Shown: positions 10,245 through 20,353, numbered from the stretch's first letter. The stretch is DNA of 64,000 nucleotides from an uncultured Acidobacteriota bacterium (GCA_963827655.1 CAWHCF010000044.1:200693-264692), one strand, 5' to 3'. Translations and numbers: made by a program. The notes: a model not told the origin generated them from the letters alone.

Positions 10245-11711
10245 ATGCCGTTACTATACACAGCCGCAAATCTGATTGTCACCGTCCTCCTGAGCTTTCT
10301 TCACGCTCCAGCCGAAAACGGCTATGCAGGTTCTGAAGCCTGCGCGACCTGCCATGACGCGATATTCAAGGTTCAATCCGATAGCCGCCATGCCCATTCG
10401 TGGAGGGCTCCGGGCAAAGAATTTCCGGCTGACTACCAGGTCGAGCTCGAAGGCAACGAATCACTGTCCGTTCCGGTCGGGGCCATACTTGGAGGAGACC
10501 GATTCGGGTTCAGTTTTATTCTGGAGTTGGACAAACTTGGAGGAGTCTCGCTTCCACGAAAGACTCTGATCGAGGGACGTTACTTGCACAGTGTCCGAAC
10601 CGGAAAACGAGCCCTCTCACCCGGCCTCCCCGCGGAAACCCCTGATTCATATGGTACGGCTGCCGGCCGGGTTTTGAGTCCGGCCTTTGCAAAGAAATGC
10701 CTGGGATGCCACGGCTCCCCCTCCGAGACTACTCCAGATACCGGGGTCCGCTGCGAGCGCTGTCACGGTCCGGGACGACAGCACATCGGCGCCGTGGGCG
10801 CGAAGTCAAAGGAGCTTGCAATCGTGCACCCGGGAAAGCTTCCGGCTGGAAAGCTGCTCGAAATCTGTGGGGAGTGCCATTCCGGCTTCTTCCCTCTTCA
10901 AGAGCCACGTCCGGAGGATCTGCTGATTTCGAACCAGGTGACGGCGCTCAAGAATTCAGCCTGCTATACCAGGAGCAACGAGGGCATCACCTGCCTGACC
11001 TGCCACAATCCGCATACCAACGCGCAGCATGAGGATCCGGCTTACGAGCGCGCGTGTCTCTCGTGTCATGCGCGCGAGGCTGCGCCGCCCAGGGGTCGGC
11101 GCCCTGCGGCCAGGGCCCAGAAACCGAACGAGACACTCGGGCCCCCGAAGACAAAGCCTTGTTCCGCTCACAAGACTACGGGATGTGTGACCTGCCATAT
11201 GCCGGTCACGAAACGCACCGACGCTTTTCCGCTGGTGGATCACTGGATTCGAGTGGTCGAGCGTCCGATGCCTGAGAATATTCGCGGGAAGATCACGCGC
11301 GCGGTTTCTCTGGCCGAACGGGGAAACAAGAATGACGCCATCCGATCGCTCGAGGCGCTCCTTGCAGACGGCGCCGGCGAACCCTCATTGCATTACAACC
11401 TGGGACTCGCCTACGAGGAGAGCAACCGGTTGGAGGATGCCCTGAAGTCATATCAGGAGGCGATAAAGTTGGAGCCCGATATGGTGGCCGCGCATATTAA
11501 TCTCGGTTCCCTGCTTCTCTCGCAGGCGAAAGTCGACGAGGCGATCGCAGTTTTCCAGAAGGCGGCGCAGATCAATCCGCTGGAGGTCACGGCTCATTAC
11601 AACCTGGCCATCGCCTACCAGCATAAAGGGGATGACCAACGGATGCAGCGCGAGCTTCAGCTCGTGGTTGCCATCAACCCGAGGATGAAGAAAGTATTGA
11701 CGCCGCGCTGA
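10245..11711 (+). CDS. Heptaheme cytochrome c with C-terminal TPR repeats
   Basis: Seven CxxCH motifs (CATCH, CLGCH, CERCH, CGECH, CLTCH, CLSCH, CVTCH), signal peptide, C-terminal TPRs. Confidence 0.9.
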   Translation: MPLLYTAANLIVTVLLSFLHAPAENGYAGSEACATCHDAIFKVQSDSRHAHSWRAPGKEFPADYQVELEGNESLSVPVGAILGGDRFGFSFILELDKLGGVSLPRKTLIEGRYLHSVRTGKRALSPGLPAETPDSYGTAAGRVLSPAFAKKCLGCHGSPSETTPDTGVRCERCHGPGRQHIGAVGAKSKELAIVHPGKLPAGKLLEICGECHSGFFPLQEPRPEDLLISNQVTALKNSACYTRSNEGITCLTCHNPHTNAQHEDPAYERACLSCHAREAAPPRGRRPAARAQKPNETLGPPKTKPCSAHKTTGCVTCHMPVTKRTDAFPLVDHWIRVVERPMPENIRGKITRAVSLAERGNKNDAIRSLEALLADGAGEPSLHYNLGLAYEESNRLEDALKSYQEAIKLEPDMVAAHINLGSLLLSQAKVDEAIAVFQKAAQINPLEVTAHYNLAIAYQHKGDDQRMQRELQLVVAINPRMKKVLTPR

Positions 11712-11783
11712 GCGGCTGCGCCCTTTCGGGTCCACCGCAATGACGCGAAGACGCTTATAACTTGATGTTGGGGCAGGAGGGAT

Positions 11784-12006
11784 ATGAAATACCTTGGCAG
11801 GGTGAAACGACAAGGCAGCGATCTGAAGATGCCTGATTCCTTTCGGGAAGTGGCAAAAACGGAAGTTTATGAGGCCATCAGTCGTCGAGGGCGACATTCT
11901 ACTTCTTGCAACTCCACTCGATCGCGAGCGGGTGAAACAAATTCAGGATCTGACAGATCGCTCAATACAAGAGCACCGGCGCACACTTGAGGGACTGGCC
12001 CGGTGA
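11784..12006 (+). CDS. Antitoxin (AbrB/MazE-like) of the Doc module, frameshift near 11880
   Basis: RBS AGGAGG and MKYLGRVKRQGSDL...; the alternative frame from 11881 reads VVEGDILLLATPLDRERVKQIQDLTDRSIQEHRRTLEGLAR*, with the stop overlapping the doc start (GTGA). Confidence 0.7.
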
Positions 12007-12392
12007 ACTGGCTGACTCTTCGTGAGCTTCTGATCATTCACGAACGAGTAATCGCCGAAACCGGAGGTTTAGCCGGTGTCTCGAATCCTGCGGGCCTCGA
12101 TTCGGCCCTGTCGCGGCCTTTCACTGCTTTCGGCGGTGTTGAACTCTTTCCAGATATTGTTACGAAAGTCTCGGCGCTGATCCACAGTATCATTTCATTT
12201 CACCCCTTTGTCGACGGGAACAAACGCGTCGCTTTGGTCGCCGCCGATGTAACGCTTCGCCTGAATGGCTCTCGCCTTGTCCCGTCGATGGAGATCGAAC
12301 CCTTCTTTTGGTCAATAGCGAGGGGCGAAAGGGACGTTGAGGCCATTGCGGAATGGCTGAAGCATCAGATCGAGCCTTGGCATCAGTCTTAG
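12003..12392 (+). CDS. doc: Death-on-curing (Doc/Fic) family toxin
   Basis: HPFVDGNKR motif; N-terminal IHE..I...GG..G...LDSAL.RP. Confidence 0.9.
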   Translation: MNWLTLRELLIIHERVIAETGGLAGVSNPAGLDSALSRPFTAFGGVELFPDIVTKVSALIHSIISFHPFVDGNKRVALVAADVTLRLNGSRLVPSMEIEPFFWSIARGERDVEAIAEWLKHQIEPWHQS

Positions 12393-12521
12393 CCCACTCG
12401 TCACTTCGCTGCGTTATCCGCGTCTGAAAGCATCCGCGACACGTTTCGATTGTCTCGGTTAGCGGAGCTTGGCGTCTTCGGGTCTTGGTGGTAAAAACGG
12501 GGTCTAGCCCATCTGTAACCG

Positions 12522-12553
12522 AGGGGCGGAGGTTTCGGCTCTCCGCCCCTTTC
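12522..12553. terminator. Hairpin between convergent genes, putative terminator
   Basis: Perfect 10-bp stem AGGGGCGGAG/CTCCGCCCCT with a 9-nt loop and a short T tail on +. Confidence 0.5.
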
Positions 12554-12561
12554 GTCGGGCT

Positions 12562-15500
12562 CTAGAACACAAACCGTAGAGCCCACTGGATGCGCCGCAT
12601 CGGCAGGAAAATTCCCGTGATCTGTCCGGCCGTCGGGCTGTCCACGGTCCCGTTGGGATTGGAGAGGTTGGCGCTGTTGAAGAGGTTGAAGAACTCGGCC
12701 CGGAATCTGAAGCCTGGCTGATTCCGACATATCGAAGTTCTTGAAAAACGAAAGATCCAGCGTCGCGACCCCAGGACCTCGCAGCGAGTTGCGCGCGGCG
12801 TTGCCGAAGAGCAGCGGCGCCGGAATGCCCCAGACCGTCCCGATGGTCGAGGGTCCCGCATTGAACCATTTGTCACGAGTCGGATCCTCGAGTTCAGGAT
12901 CCCCCAATATATCGGGCCGGTATGCAAGGTCCGGCGTATTCAAGGGGGCGCGGCTCGACAGTCCCGGCGAAAAGGGCAGCCCCGATTCGAGGGTCAAGAC
13001 ATTGTTGATGGACCACCCTCCCAGTAACTGCGAAGCCACCCCTTCAGTCAGCATCTTCTTTCCCCGGCCCAAGGGTAACTCCCAAATCCCATTCAAAACA
13101 AAAACGTGCGTCCGATCGAAATCGGTAGCGGCGTACTCGAGCCGGCGGTTATAGATGTTGCCGGTGCCATTGAGACCGGTGTCTAATCCCTTCGCCCATG
13201 TGTAATGGCCCAGGAACCAGAAATCATTTGCGAACCGCTTCTCGAGCTTGGTCTGCAGCGAGTGGTAGTTCGAAGAAGCGCAATTGCACTGGCGGGACTC
13301 GATTCCTTGAGTCCAGCCGAACTTGTTGAAAAATGGGCGGCGCGGGTTTACGGGGCCAGGTCCCACCCTCGGAAGATTGAAGTTGAGATAGGCAACGCGA
13401 TGGACTCCCTGATTACCGACATAAGCAATATCAGCCGCCAATGTTGGTGTGAGCTGATGTTGAATGCTCAAATTCCAGTTTTCGGCAAACGGAAGTTTTA
13501 GACGTGGTTCGATGTAGAACATCCGGATTCCATCAGGGAGTTTGAAACGCCATTGGAGTCGGGTGTGGGAAATACCGGCGCGGGGGGCCCGGACGCAAGA
13601 TTGAAGACGGAGCTGAACGGACTTGGCGGAGCCAGGTCCTGGCTGGCCAACACCGGCAAATTCTGGGTTACCGTGTGGCCGAAGGCAGCCCCAAAAGTGC
13701 CGATGTCGTAGCTCCTTCCGTAGCCCATTCGCAACACGGTCTTTTCCGAGAGCTGGTATGCGACGCCCAACCGAGGCGCAAAATTATCCAGGCTTCCCTC
13801 GATTCCGCCATCGAGCGGCACCGGCCCGACGCCATAAACGACAACTTCTCCCGTATTGATATCAACGTTCGCGCCCTTGCCAGGGCCGCTCACCGTTTCC
13901 GGCGCGTAGTATTCCCAGCGCAACCCCAAACTCAGGGTGAGCTTCTGGGTCACGCGCCAGGTATCCTGGCCATAGAGGAAGTATCGATTCTGTCTCTCGC
14001 CGGCGTCCAGACTCTCGCTGACGTAGCGGCGGAAATCCGAAACGTCGCCAAGCAGGAACGACGCGAGCCCCAGCCCGGAGTTGGCGACGCCCGCCCCGGC
14101 GGTGTACTCGGGATTAAAAGAAAGTTGGCCGGATCTATGCTGGTCGCTGGGCACGCGCAGGTTGATCGCACGCCGATAATCCACACCAAATTTCAAAGAG
14201 TGGTTCCGGACTATTTTGGTCCAGTTGTTCACGAACTGATATTGATCCTCGGTCTGGTCCAGTGGGCAGTTGCACTGGTTGACGCCAAGCGAGTAACCGA
14301 AACGGAAGGTACCAACGCCGTTGATCGTAAACGCCGGCATGTCCGCAGTGAAATCGTCGACGTTGAGGCCCGGAATTCCAGCGTCACGGGCCGGGGTCTT
14401 CCCTTGCTCTCCGGGACGCACCCGCACCAGGTATCGGAAATAGCCGAAGCGAAAATCTGTCAGAAACGACGGGTTCAGGGTGTAGTCAAAGCCGGTTGCC
14501 ACACTCTGATTCCGAACGTGCGATCTCCCGGCGAAATTGATGAAGTTCAAAGCGGGGCCACCCACCCCCTCCCCAAATGCGCCGGGAGCGAATTTATTGA
14601 AGTTGGCAAAGCTGTACCGGCCAAAAAGATGGAAGTTTTGCGTCACATAGACATCACCGCGGCCTCCTACCTGGTCCGAATCGAGTTTCTCCGTCCCCCC
14701 GGCAGCGTAATTGTTCTCGATGGCGCCGGCGGCTCCCGTATTCGAAAACGGTATCAGTTTCAGAAGGTTCTGGGCTTGAGAACTCAATTGGTTTGCCGGA
14801 ATGATGCCCCCCGAAAACTGAGTTCGACCTGAGCCGTCGGTGCTCCCGGTCCTGGGATTGAAGATAGGCCGGCCGTAGGCTGAAAGATCTCCTGCACGCG
14901 CCGCGGCAGTCGGCACGGTGGTAAGGACGGACGAGCCATTGCGCTGCCGCGTGCCTTCGTAGTAGCCGAAGAAGAACGCTTTGTTCTCAACAATGGGTCC
15001 CCCGGCAGTCGCTCCAAACTGGTTCCAGCGAGCCGACGGGATACGCTTTCCCCCCAATGTTTCCGGCGACTCCGAGAACGGGTTGCGGGCGTTGGTCGCG
15101 CTGTTGCGGTGAAACTCGTACACGCTGCCGTGCAGTTCGTTTGTTCCGGACCGGGTTTGCGACGTGATAACGGCCGACTGAGCGTTGCCGAACTCGGCAT
15201 CGAAGTTCACGGTCGTCATCTTGAACTCCTGCACCGAGTCAAGCACAGGGTTAATCACAATGATCCCCAGAATCGGATCTCGATTGTCGGTGCCGTCCAG
15301 CAGGAAGCCGGTTCCGAAGAAGGGCTGCCCGTTGACCATGATCTGGGTGCTCCCCTGCGGATTCTCGCTCGAGGCATGCTGCCAGGTCTGCTTCGAGGTT
15401 CCGGGCGCAAGCAACTGCAGTTCGGTGAAGTTGCGGTTTAGCAGCGGCAGCTCGGTCACGGCTTTGTTCTCGAAAACCGTGCTGACGTCGGCCCGGTCGG

Positions 15501-15894
15501 ACTTCAGGAGCGGAGCTTCGGCCGTGATTACGACCTGTTCGCTGAGCTGGCCCACTTCGAGCGCCGCGTCGACGCGAGCCGCTTCGTCCGCGCGCACGAT
15601 AACGTCGTCCTGCACGAAGCTCTTGAATCCGGTGAGCCCGATCTTTACCTGATACCTTCCCGGAACCAGCCGAGTTTTCGTGTAATTCCCGGACTCGTTG
15701 GTGATGACGGTAAAGATCGTTCCTTTGTCGAGGTCTGTGATGGTCACTTCGGCCCCCGGCACTGCGCCGCCGGAGGAATCTCTCACAGTTCCAAATATCT
15801 GACCGTAAACCGCCTGTGCCAGACTTCCCTGGGGAAACGCAAGCAGAACAGTCAAAGCCACGGACAACGATAATATGAGGCGCCCATCTGACAT
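12562..15894 (-). CDS. TonB-dependent receptor, Oar-like, with N-terminal carboxypeptidase-regulatory-like domain (frameshifts near 13530 and 12705)
   Basis: GTVRDSSG.AVPGAEVT, SVQEF, AEFG, NFAPRLG.AY, C-terminal RIQWALRFVF; three joined ORFs. Confidence 0.9.
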
Positions 15895-15920
15895 AAACAC
15901 TCCTCCGAACCGCAAGGCTG

Positions 15921-15986
15921 CTTCGTGTCTTCGTGGTTAGAGCTGCCTAACAAATACCGCTAAGACTCAAAGAAGGAACACCAAGA
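15921..15986. repeat. Inverted pair of 9-nt-periodic REP-like repeats
   Basis: CTTCGTGTCTTCGTGGTT ... ACCGCTAAGACTCAAAG. Confidence 0.65.
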
Positions 15987-16157
15987 ATCTTTGCCAAAAA
16001 AGCAAGAAGCTACGACTAGTAATAAACGTTCTTACGGCGGGGGAGACCCGGGAAGGTACGAGAGGTTCTCAGGAAGGAAGGGGGAACCCGAGTGGCGCCT
16101 AGTGCCCGAGACTCACTAACGCGCCGGACCTCCTTCTGTTTGCGGTCCCTGGCGCAA

Positions 16158-16201
16158 CAACTAGCACCATGGATTGACAAAGTCAAACCAATTGTTAAAG
16201 T
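16158..16201. promoter_or_regulatory. Putative back-to-back divergent promoters sharing the palindrome TTGAC-AAA-GTCAA
   Basis: On +, TTGACA (16174) then 16 nt then TAAAGT (with TGn). On -, TTGACT (16186) then 17 nt then TAGTTG (with TGn). Confidence 0.45.
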
Positions 16202-16240
16202 TCACTCGCTGCAAAGGCGCAAAGGCGCGAAGGAAATCTC

Positions 16241-17917
16241 TTGATTCGCTTTGCGATTGGCTTGTTGCTCCTGGCCGCCGCGATGCAAGCATCCGCATCG
16301 CTAGACCAGTCCACGCCCGCTGGGTTCTCACTGACCAACATCTCCGCCTCAGCCGGCCTCAACGCCATCACTGTGTACGGCGGCGAAAAACAGAATCGTT
16401 ACCTGCTGGAAACTACGGGATGCGGCGTCGCCCTCCTCGACTTCGACGGCGACGGCTGGCTCGATATCTATCAGGTCAACGGCTCGCGCTTCGAGTCCCT
16501 TCCCGCTCCCAAGCCCCAGTCCCATCTCTATCGCAACAACAAGAACGGGACTTTCACCGACGTGACCGCTCGCGCCGGCGTTGGCAAATCCGATTGGGGT
16601 CAGGCCGTCTGCGCCGGAGACTATGACAATGATGGGTTTCCGGACCTGTTCGTGACGTACTGGGGAAACAATGTCCTGTATCGCAATCTTGGCAACGGCA
16701 CTTTCGCGGATGTGACCCGCAAGGCAGGCCTGGTTCAGCCGGCGCGCCGCTGGAATTCAGGCTGCGCCTTCCTCGACTTCGACCGGGATGGAGATCTCGA
16801 CCTCTTCGTGGCGAACTACATCGACTTCGAACCCGAGACGACGCCGACCCCTGACTCCGGCCTCTGTCTCTACAAAGGCGTTCGCGTCGCATGCGGCCCT
16901 CCCGGACTCACGGGCGGCAAAAACCTTCTGTACCAGAACAACGGAAACGGCACTTTTACCGACATCTCCCAGGCCTCGGGCATTACCAAGGCGCACGGAA
17001 CCTACGGACTTGGCGTCCTGGTGTCCGACTTCGACAATGATGCCTGGCCCGACATCTATGTGGCCAACGACTCCAATCCGAGCGCGCTTTATCGCAACAA
17101 CCACGACGGCACGTTTACAGACATTGGAATTCTCGCCGGCTGCGCCTACAGCGCGGACGGAAAGCCGCAAGCCGGAATGGGAGTCTCCGCGGGCGATTTC
17201 AACCACGATGGTTGGATGGACATTTTCAAGACCAACTTCGCCGGAGACACTTCGAACCTGTACCAGAATAACGGCAGGGGTGGTTTTGAAGAGAGCACGT
17301 TCGCCGCCGGAATCGGGCTCAACACGCGATTTCTCGGTTGGGGGTGCGGATTCGTCGACCTGAATCACGATGGCTGGATCGATATTCTGCAGGTCAACGG
17401 CCACGTCTATCCGGAAGTCAATCAACTCAAGACTGAAGCTCAGTATCGCCAGCGAAAGATTCTCTACCTTAATCGGGAAGGCAAACGGTTTGACGATGTC
17501 ACCGAGCAGGTCGGCGGCCCGCTGCTCGAACTCCGCGCCGGCCGCGGCTGTGCGTTCGGTGACGTGGATAACGACGGCGACATCGATATGGTCGTGAATA
17601 ACGTCAACCAGACGATGGATCTCTACCGGCAGGATCGAAACAATGACAACCACTGGACCACGATCCAGCTTGCAGCCGGCCACTGCAATCGCAGTGCAAT
17701 CGGAGCCCGCGTCCGCATCGTGGCGGGCGGCATCACCCAGATCGATGAGGTAAGAAGCGGCGGCAGCTACTATTCTCAAAGCGATTTCCGGATTCACTTC
17801 GGCCTGGGGAAGGAAAGCAAGATCGATCTTCTGGAGGTGCGGTGGCCCGACGGGAAGACGGACACACACCGCGATCTCGCGGTCGATCGCATGCTCAAGA
17901 TCGAGGAATCCAAGTGA
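16241..17917 (+). CDS. CRTAC1-family protein (FG-GAP repeats + ASPIC/UnbV)
   Basis: Signal peptide, repeated DxDxDGxxD, GSYYSQSD..IHFGLG...WPDG. Confidence 0.9.
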   Translation: MIRFAIGLLLLAAAMQASASLDQSTPAGFSLTNISASAGLNAITVYGGEKQNRYLLETTGCGVALLDFDGDGWLDIYQVNGSRFESLPAPKPQSHLYRNNKNGTFTDVTARAGVGKSDWGQAVCAGDYDNDGFPDLFVTYWGNNVLYRNLGNGTFADVTRKAGLVQPARRWNSGCAFLDFDRDGDLDLFVANYIDFEPETTPTPDSGLCLYKGVRVACGPPGLTGGKNLLYQNNGNGTFTDISQASGITKAHGTYGLGVLVSDFDNDAWPDIYVANDSNPSALYRNNHDGTFTDIGILAGCAYSADGKPQAGMGVSAGDFNHDGWMDIFKTNFAGDTSNLYQNNGRGGFEESTFAAGIGLNTRFLGWGCGFVDLNHDGWIDILQVNGHVYPEVNQLKTEAQYRQRKILYLNREGKRFDDVTEQVGGPLLELRAGRGCAFGDVDNDGDIDMVVNNVNQTMDLYRQDRNNDNHWTTIQLAAGHCNRSAIGARVRIVAGGITQIDEVRSGGSYYSQSDFRIHFGLGKESKIDLLEVRWPDGKTDTHRDLAVDRMLKIEESK

Positions 17918-19278
17918 CAATTCACCACCAGGACGCGAAGACGCAAAGTATTCTTTTGTTCCTGGCTTCCTGGTGCCTTTGCGTCTTTGCGGTGAGGGCG
18001 CAATCGGTCGAGGAACATCTGCGGCGAGGATTCGAATTCGGCCGCGCGGCTCAATATGCCGAGGCGATTCGCGAGTTCGAAGCCGCCGTCCGCCTGAACC
18101 CTTCGTCTCCAGAAGCGCACTACAGCCTGGGCGTGGCCCGCTGGTGGACCAAGGACCTGGATGCCGGAATCACCTCTCTAGACACGGCGCTCAAGCTGAA
18201 GCCCGACATGGCAGAAGCTCACTACTTTCTTGGCCTCGCATTGCAACAGAAGGGAGAGCTGAAACGCGCTCTGACCGAGGTGGAATCATCCATCCGGCTG
18301 AGACCGAAATTCGCCCAGGGTTACAACAGCCTCGGACTGATCCGGCAACAAATCGGCGATCGCGACGCCGCCACTTCTTCCTTTCGAACGGCGGTCGAGT
18401 CGGAACCCGATTTCCTCGAGGCGCGTAACAACCTGGGTCTCGCCCTGATGCAAGCCTCGGATGCGGACGGCGCGGCAGAGCAGTTTCGAGCGATCATTCA
18501 GCGTAAGCCCGGCAACATCGATGCGCGCAACAATCTCGGGCTGGCATTAATGCAGAAGGGGGATCTGCAGTCGGCCGTCGAAGTTCTGCGCGAGCTCTTG
18601 CAGCTGGCGCCGGATCATCCGGAAGGAAGATACAATCTGGGAGTGGCTCTCAAGCAGAAGGACGATTTTGCCGGCGCTACCACCGAGCTGCGTCACGCCA
18701 TCAAGATAAAACCCGACTTTCCCGACGCCTACTACACCCTCGGCATCACTCTCTGGCAGCAGGGAGAGATCGACCCTGCCGTCGAGGCCATGAGAAACGC
18801 CCTGCGCTATCGACCGGAGTACGCGGAGGCCAGCTTTGCGCTCGGGACTCTGCTTAAAGAAAAGGGAGAGCTCGAAGCGGCCAAGGAGGCGTTACAGAAC
18901 TCGCTTCGCGTCAAACCCGAATACCCGGAGGCACACTATGCGCTGGCTTCGATCTTCAAGCAGCAGGGGAAACTGGGCGAGGCGGCGGCTGAACTGGAAC
19001 GCGCTGAAGCCCAGCGCCGGTTGAAGCAAAGCCGGGAAACGGCAACCTTCGCTACACACACCGCCCTCGAGCTGGCGCGCAAAGGGGACCTCGATCAGGC
19101 CATGCGCCGGCTGCGCTCGGCCATTCAGACAGCCCCGGACTACGCGCCGGCTCACTATCACCTCAGCCTCCTGCTCCGAAAAACCGGCCGGACCACGGAA
19201 TCGGAAGCAGCTCTGAAACGGGCTCTCGAGCTTGATCCGCAAGTCGAGAGCGCGTCATTGCGGCCCGTGGTCCGTTAG
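17914..19278 (+). CDS. Exported tetratricopeptide repeat protein
   Basis: Long run of TPR units (AHY.LG, ARNNLG); GTGA overlap with the upstream gene. Confidence 0.85.
   Translation: MTIHHQDAKTQSILLFLASWCLCVFAVRAQSVEEHLRRGFEFGRAAQYAEAIREFEAAVRLNPSSPEAHYSLGVARWWTKDLDAGITSLDTALKLKPDMAEAHYFLGLALQQKGELKRALTEVESSIRLRPKFAQGYNSLGLIRQQIGDRDAATSSFRTAVESEPDFLEARNNLGLALMQASDADGAAEQFRAIIQRKPGNIDARNNLGLALMQKGDLQSAVEVLRELLQLAPDHPEGRYNLGVALKQKDDFAGATTELRHAIKIKPDFPDAYYTLGITLWQQGEIDPAVEAMRNALRYRPEYAEASFALGTLLKEKGELEAAKEALQNSLRVKPEYPEAHYALASIFKQQGKLGEAAAELERAEAQRRLKQSRETATFATHTALELARKGDLDQAMRRLRSAIQTAPDYAPAHYHLSLLLRKTGRTTESEAALKRALELDPQVESASLRPVVR
17923..17994. repeat. Inverted pair of REP-like repeats inside the TPR gene signal peptide
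   Basis: CACCACCAGGACGCGAAGACGCAAAG ... CTTTGCGTCTTTGCGGTG. Confidence 0.7.
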
Positions 19279-19400
19279 AACAAAATCAACCACGAAGCCG
19301 CTAAGGCGCGAAAAAACGTCTAAGAATCTGAAGCGCGCCGTGTTACGCCCTTGCACCGGTTGAAATCTTTCGCCGAACAGGTTAGCCTTCTCCTGCGTCT

Positions 19401-19928
19401 ATGAAGAACGCACGGACCATTCCTGAAAACCACCCGCTCAAGTCGCTTTTTCGCACCCTTGCAGAAAGGGGTCTCAATCAAGCCAACCTCCGCGATCGAG
19501 ATATTCTCCTCTATCTCGCCGATCTTCTCGTCGAATTCATGTTCATCGAGAATCTTTACCGGCTGAGAGACGCCGAGGGAAAACGCCTGGAATACCTGGT
19601 CGACATGCTGGGCCAGGCGGTGGAAACCGATATGCCCGATAAGAAGGAATTCTACAGGCATATCGGTGACTACAGCCTGTTCATGCTGGGTATGTTTCCC
19701 GAGTTTCTCGTCCGGCGCAGAAGCAGACTTTCACCGTCGTATTATGCCGATACAGGCCGCATCGGATATCAGGTCGCGGGAGAACTGGAAAGCGATTGGT
19801 GGCAAATCATGGTCTTTCGCAAGCTCGCGGACAAATTCGAGCATTGCGTGATCTCGCTGAACTGCGTGCGGGAGTACACTTCCGATCCGTTTTACCAGTT
19901 CATGTTTCGTGAATTCGACATTACTTGA
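19401..19928 (+). CDS. Conserved hypothetical helical protein
   Basis: 175-aa ORF with a protein-like motif YRHIGDYSLFMLGMFPE...SYY...G..GY. Confidence 0.7.
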   Translation: MKNARTIPENHPLKSLFRTLAERGLNQANLRDRDILLYLADLLVEFMFIENLYRLRDAEGKRLEYLVDMLGQAVETDMPDKKEFYRHIGDYSLFMLGMFPEFLVRRRSRLSPSYYADTGRIGYQVAGELESDWWQIMVFRKLADKFEHCVISLNCVREYTSDPFYQFMFREFDIT

Positions 19929-19945
19929 TGAAAGAAGGAGGCCCT

Positions 19946-20353
19946 ATGGTTCGCAACTCGCGAAGATTACTGGTTGCATTCATGATTATCGCTATCGGTC
20001 CCCTGCTTGTGCCCGCTCAGGTTCAGGCGGCCGAAGACCACATTGTCAAGCCCGTCGAACTTCACAACGCCATCGTGGCGGCTTCAGAGGCAAGGCAAAA
20101 CGACATAGCCAAGATCCGCACACTCCTTTCGTCCGACGCCGGGAAAAAGGCTCTCGGCTCGGTGAAAGTCGATTCGCGAAAAATCGAAACCGCGGTCACA
20201 CTCCTGAATGACGAAGAATTGGCCCGGCTGGCAGCGCGAGCTGAAAAAATTCAGGGCGACTTTTCCGCGGGAGCTTTGAGTAACCAGGAGCTTACTTACA
20301 TCGTGATTGCGCTCGCAACCGCGGTCATCATCCTCGTCATTGTCGTGGCGTAG
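19946..20353 (+). CDS. PA2779-family-like exported protein with C-terminal hydrophobic tail
   Basis: RBS GAAGGAGG; signal peptide; L.DEEL.RLA motif; ends DFSAGALSNQELTYIVIALATAVIILVIVVA. Confidence 0.75.
   Translation: MVRNSRRLLVAFMIIAIGPLLVPAQVQAAEDHIVKPVELHNAIVAASEARQNDIAKIRTLLSSDAGKKALGSVKVDSRKIETAVTLLNDEELARLAARAEKIQGDFSAGALSNQELTYIVIALATAVIILVIVVA

Noticed and set aside
11870-11890. Programmed frameshift in the antitoxin
   Set aside because: No slippery sequence, and similar indels occur throughout the window
13675-14832. 385-aa ORF antisense to the TonB receptor
   Set aside because: Shadow ORF of a GC-rich gene with no recognisable motifs
16757-17920. 387-aa ORF antisense to CRTAC1 (similarly 7159..8031)
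   Set aside because: Reverse-frame shadow of a repetitive coding sequence
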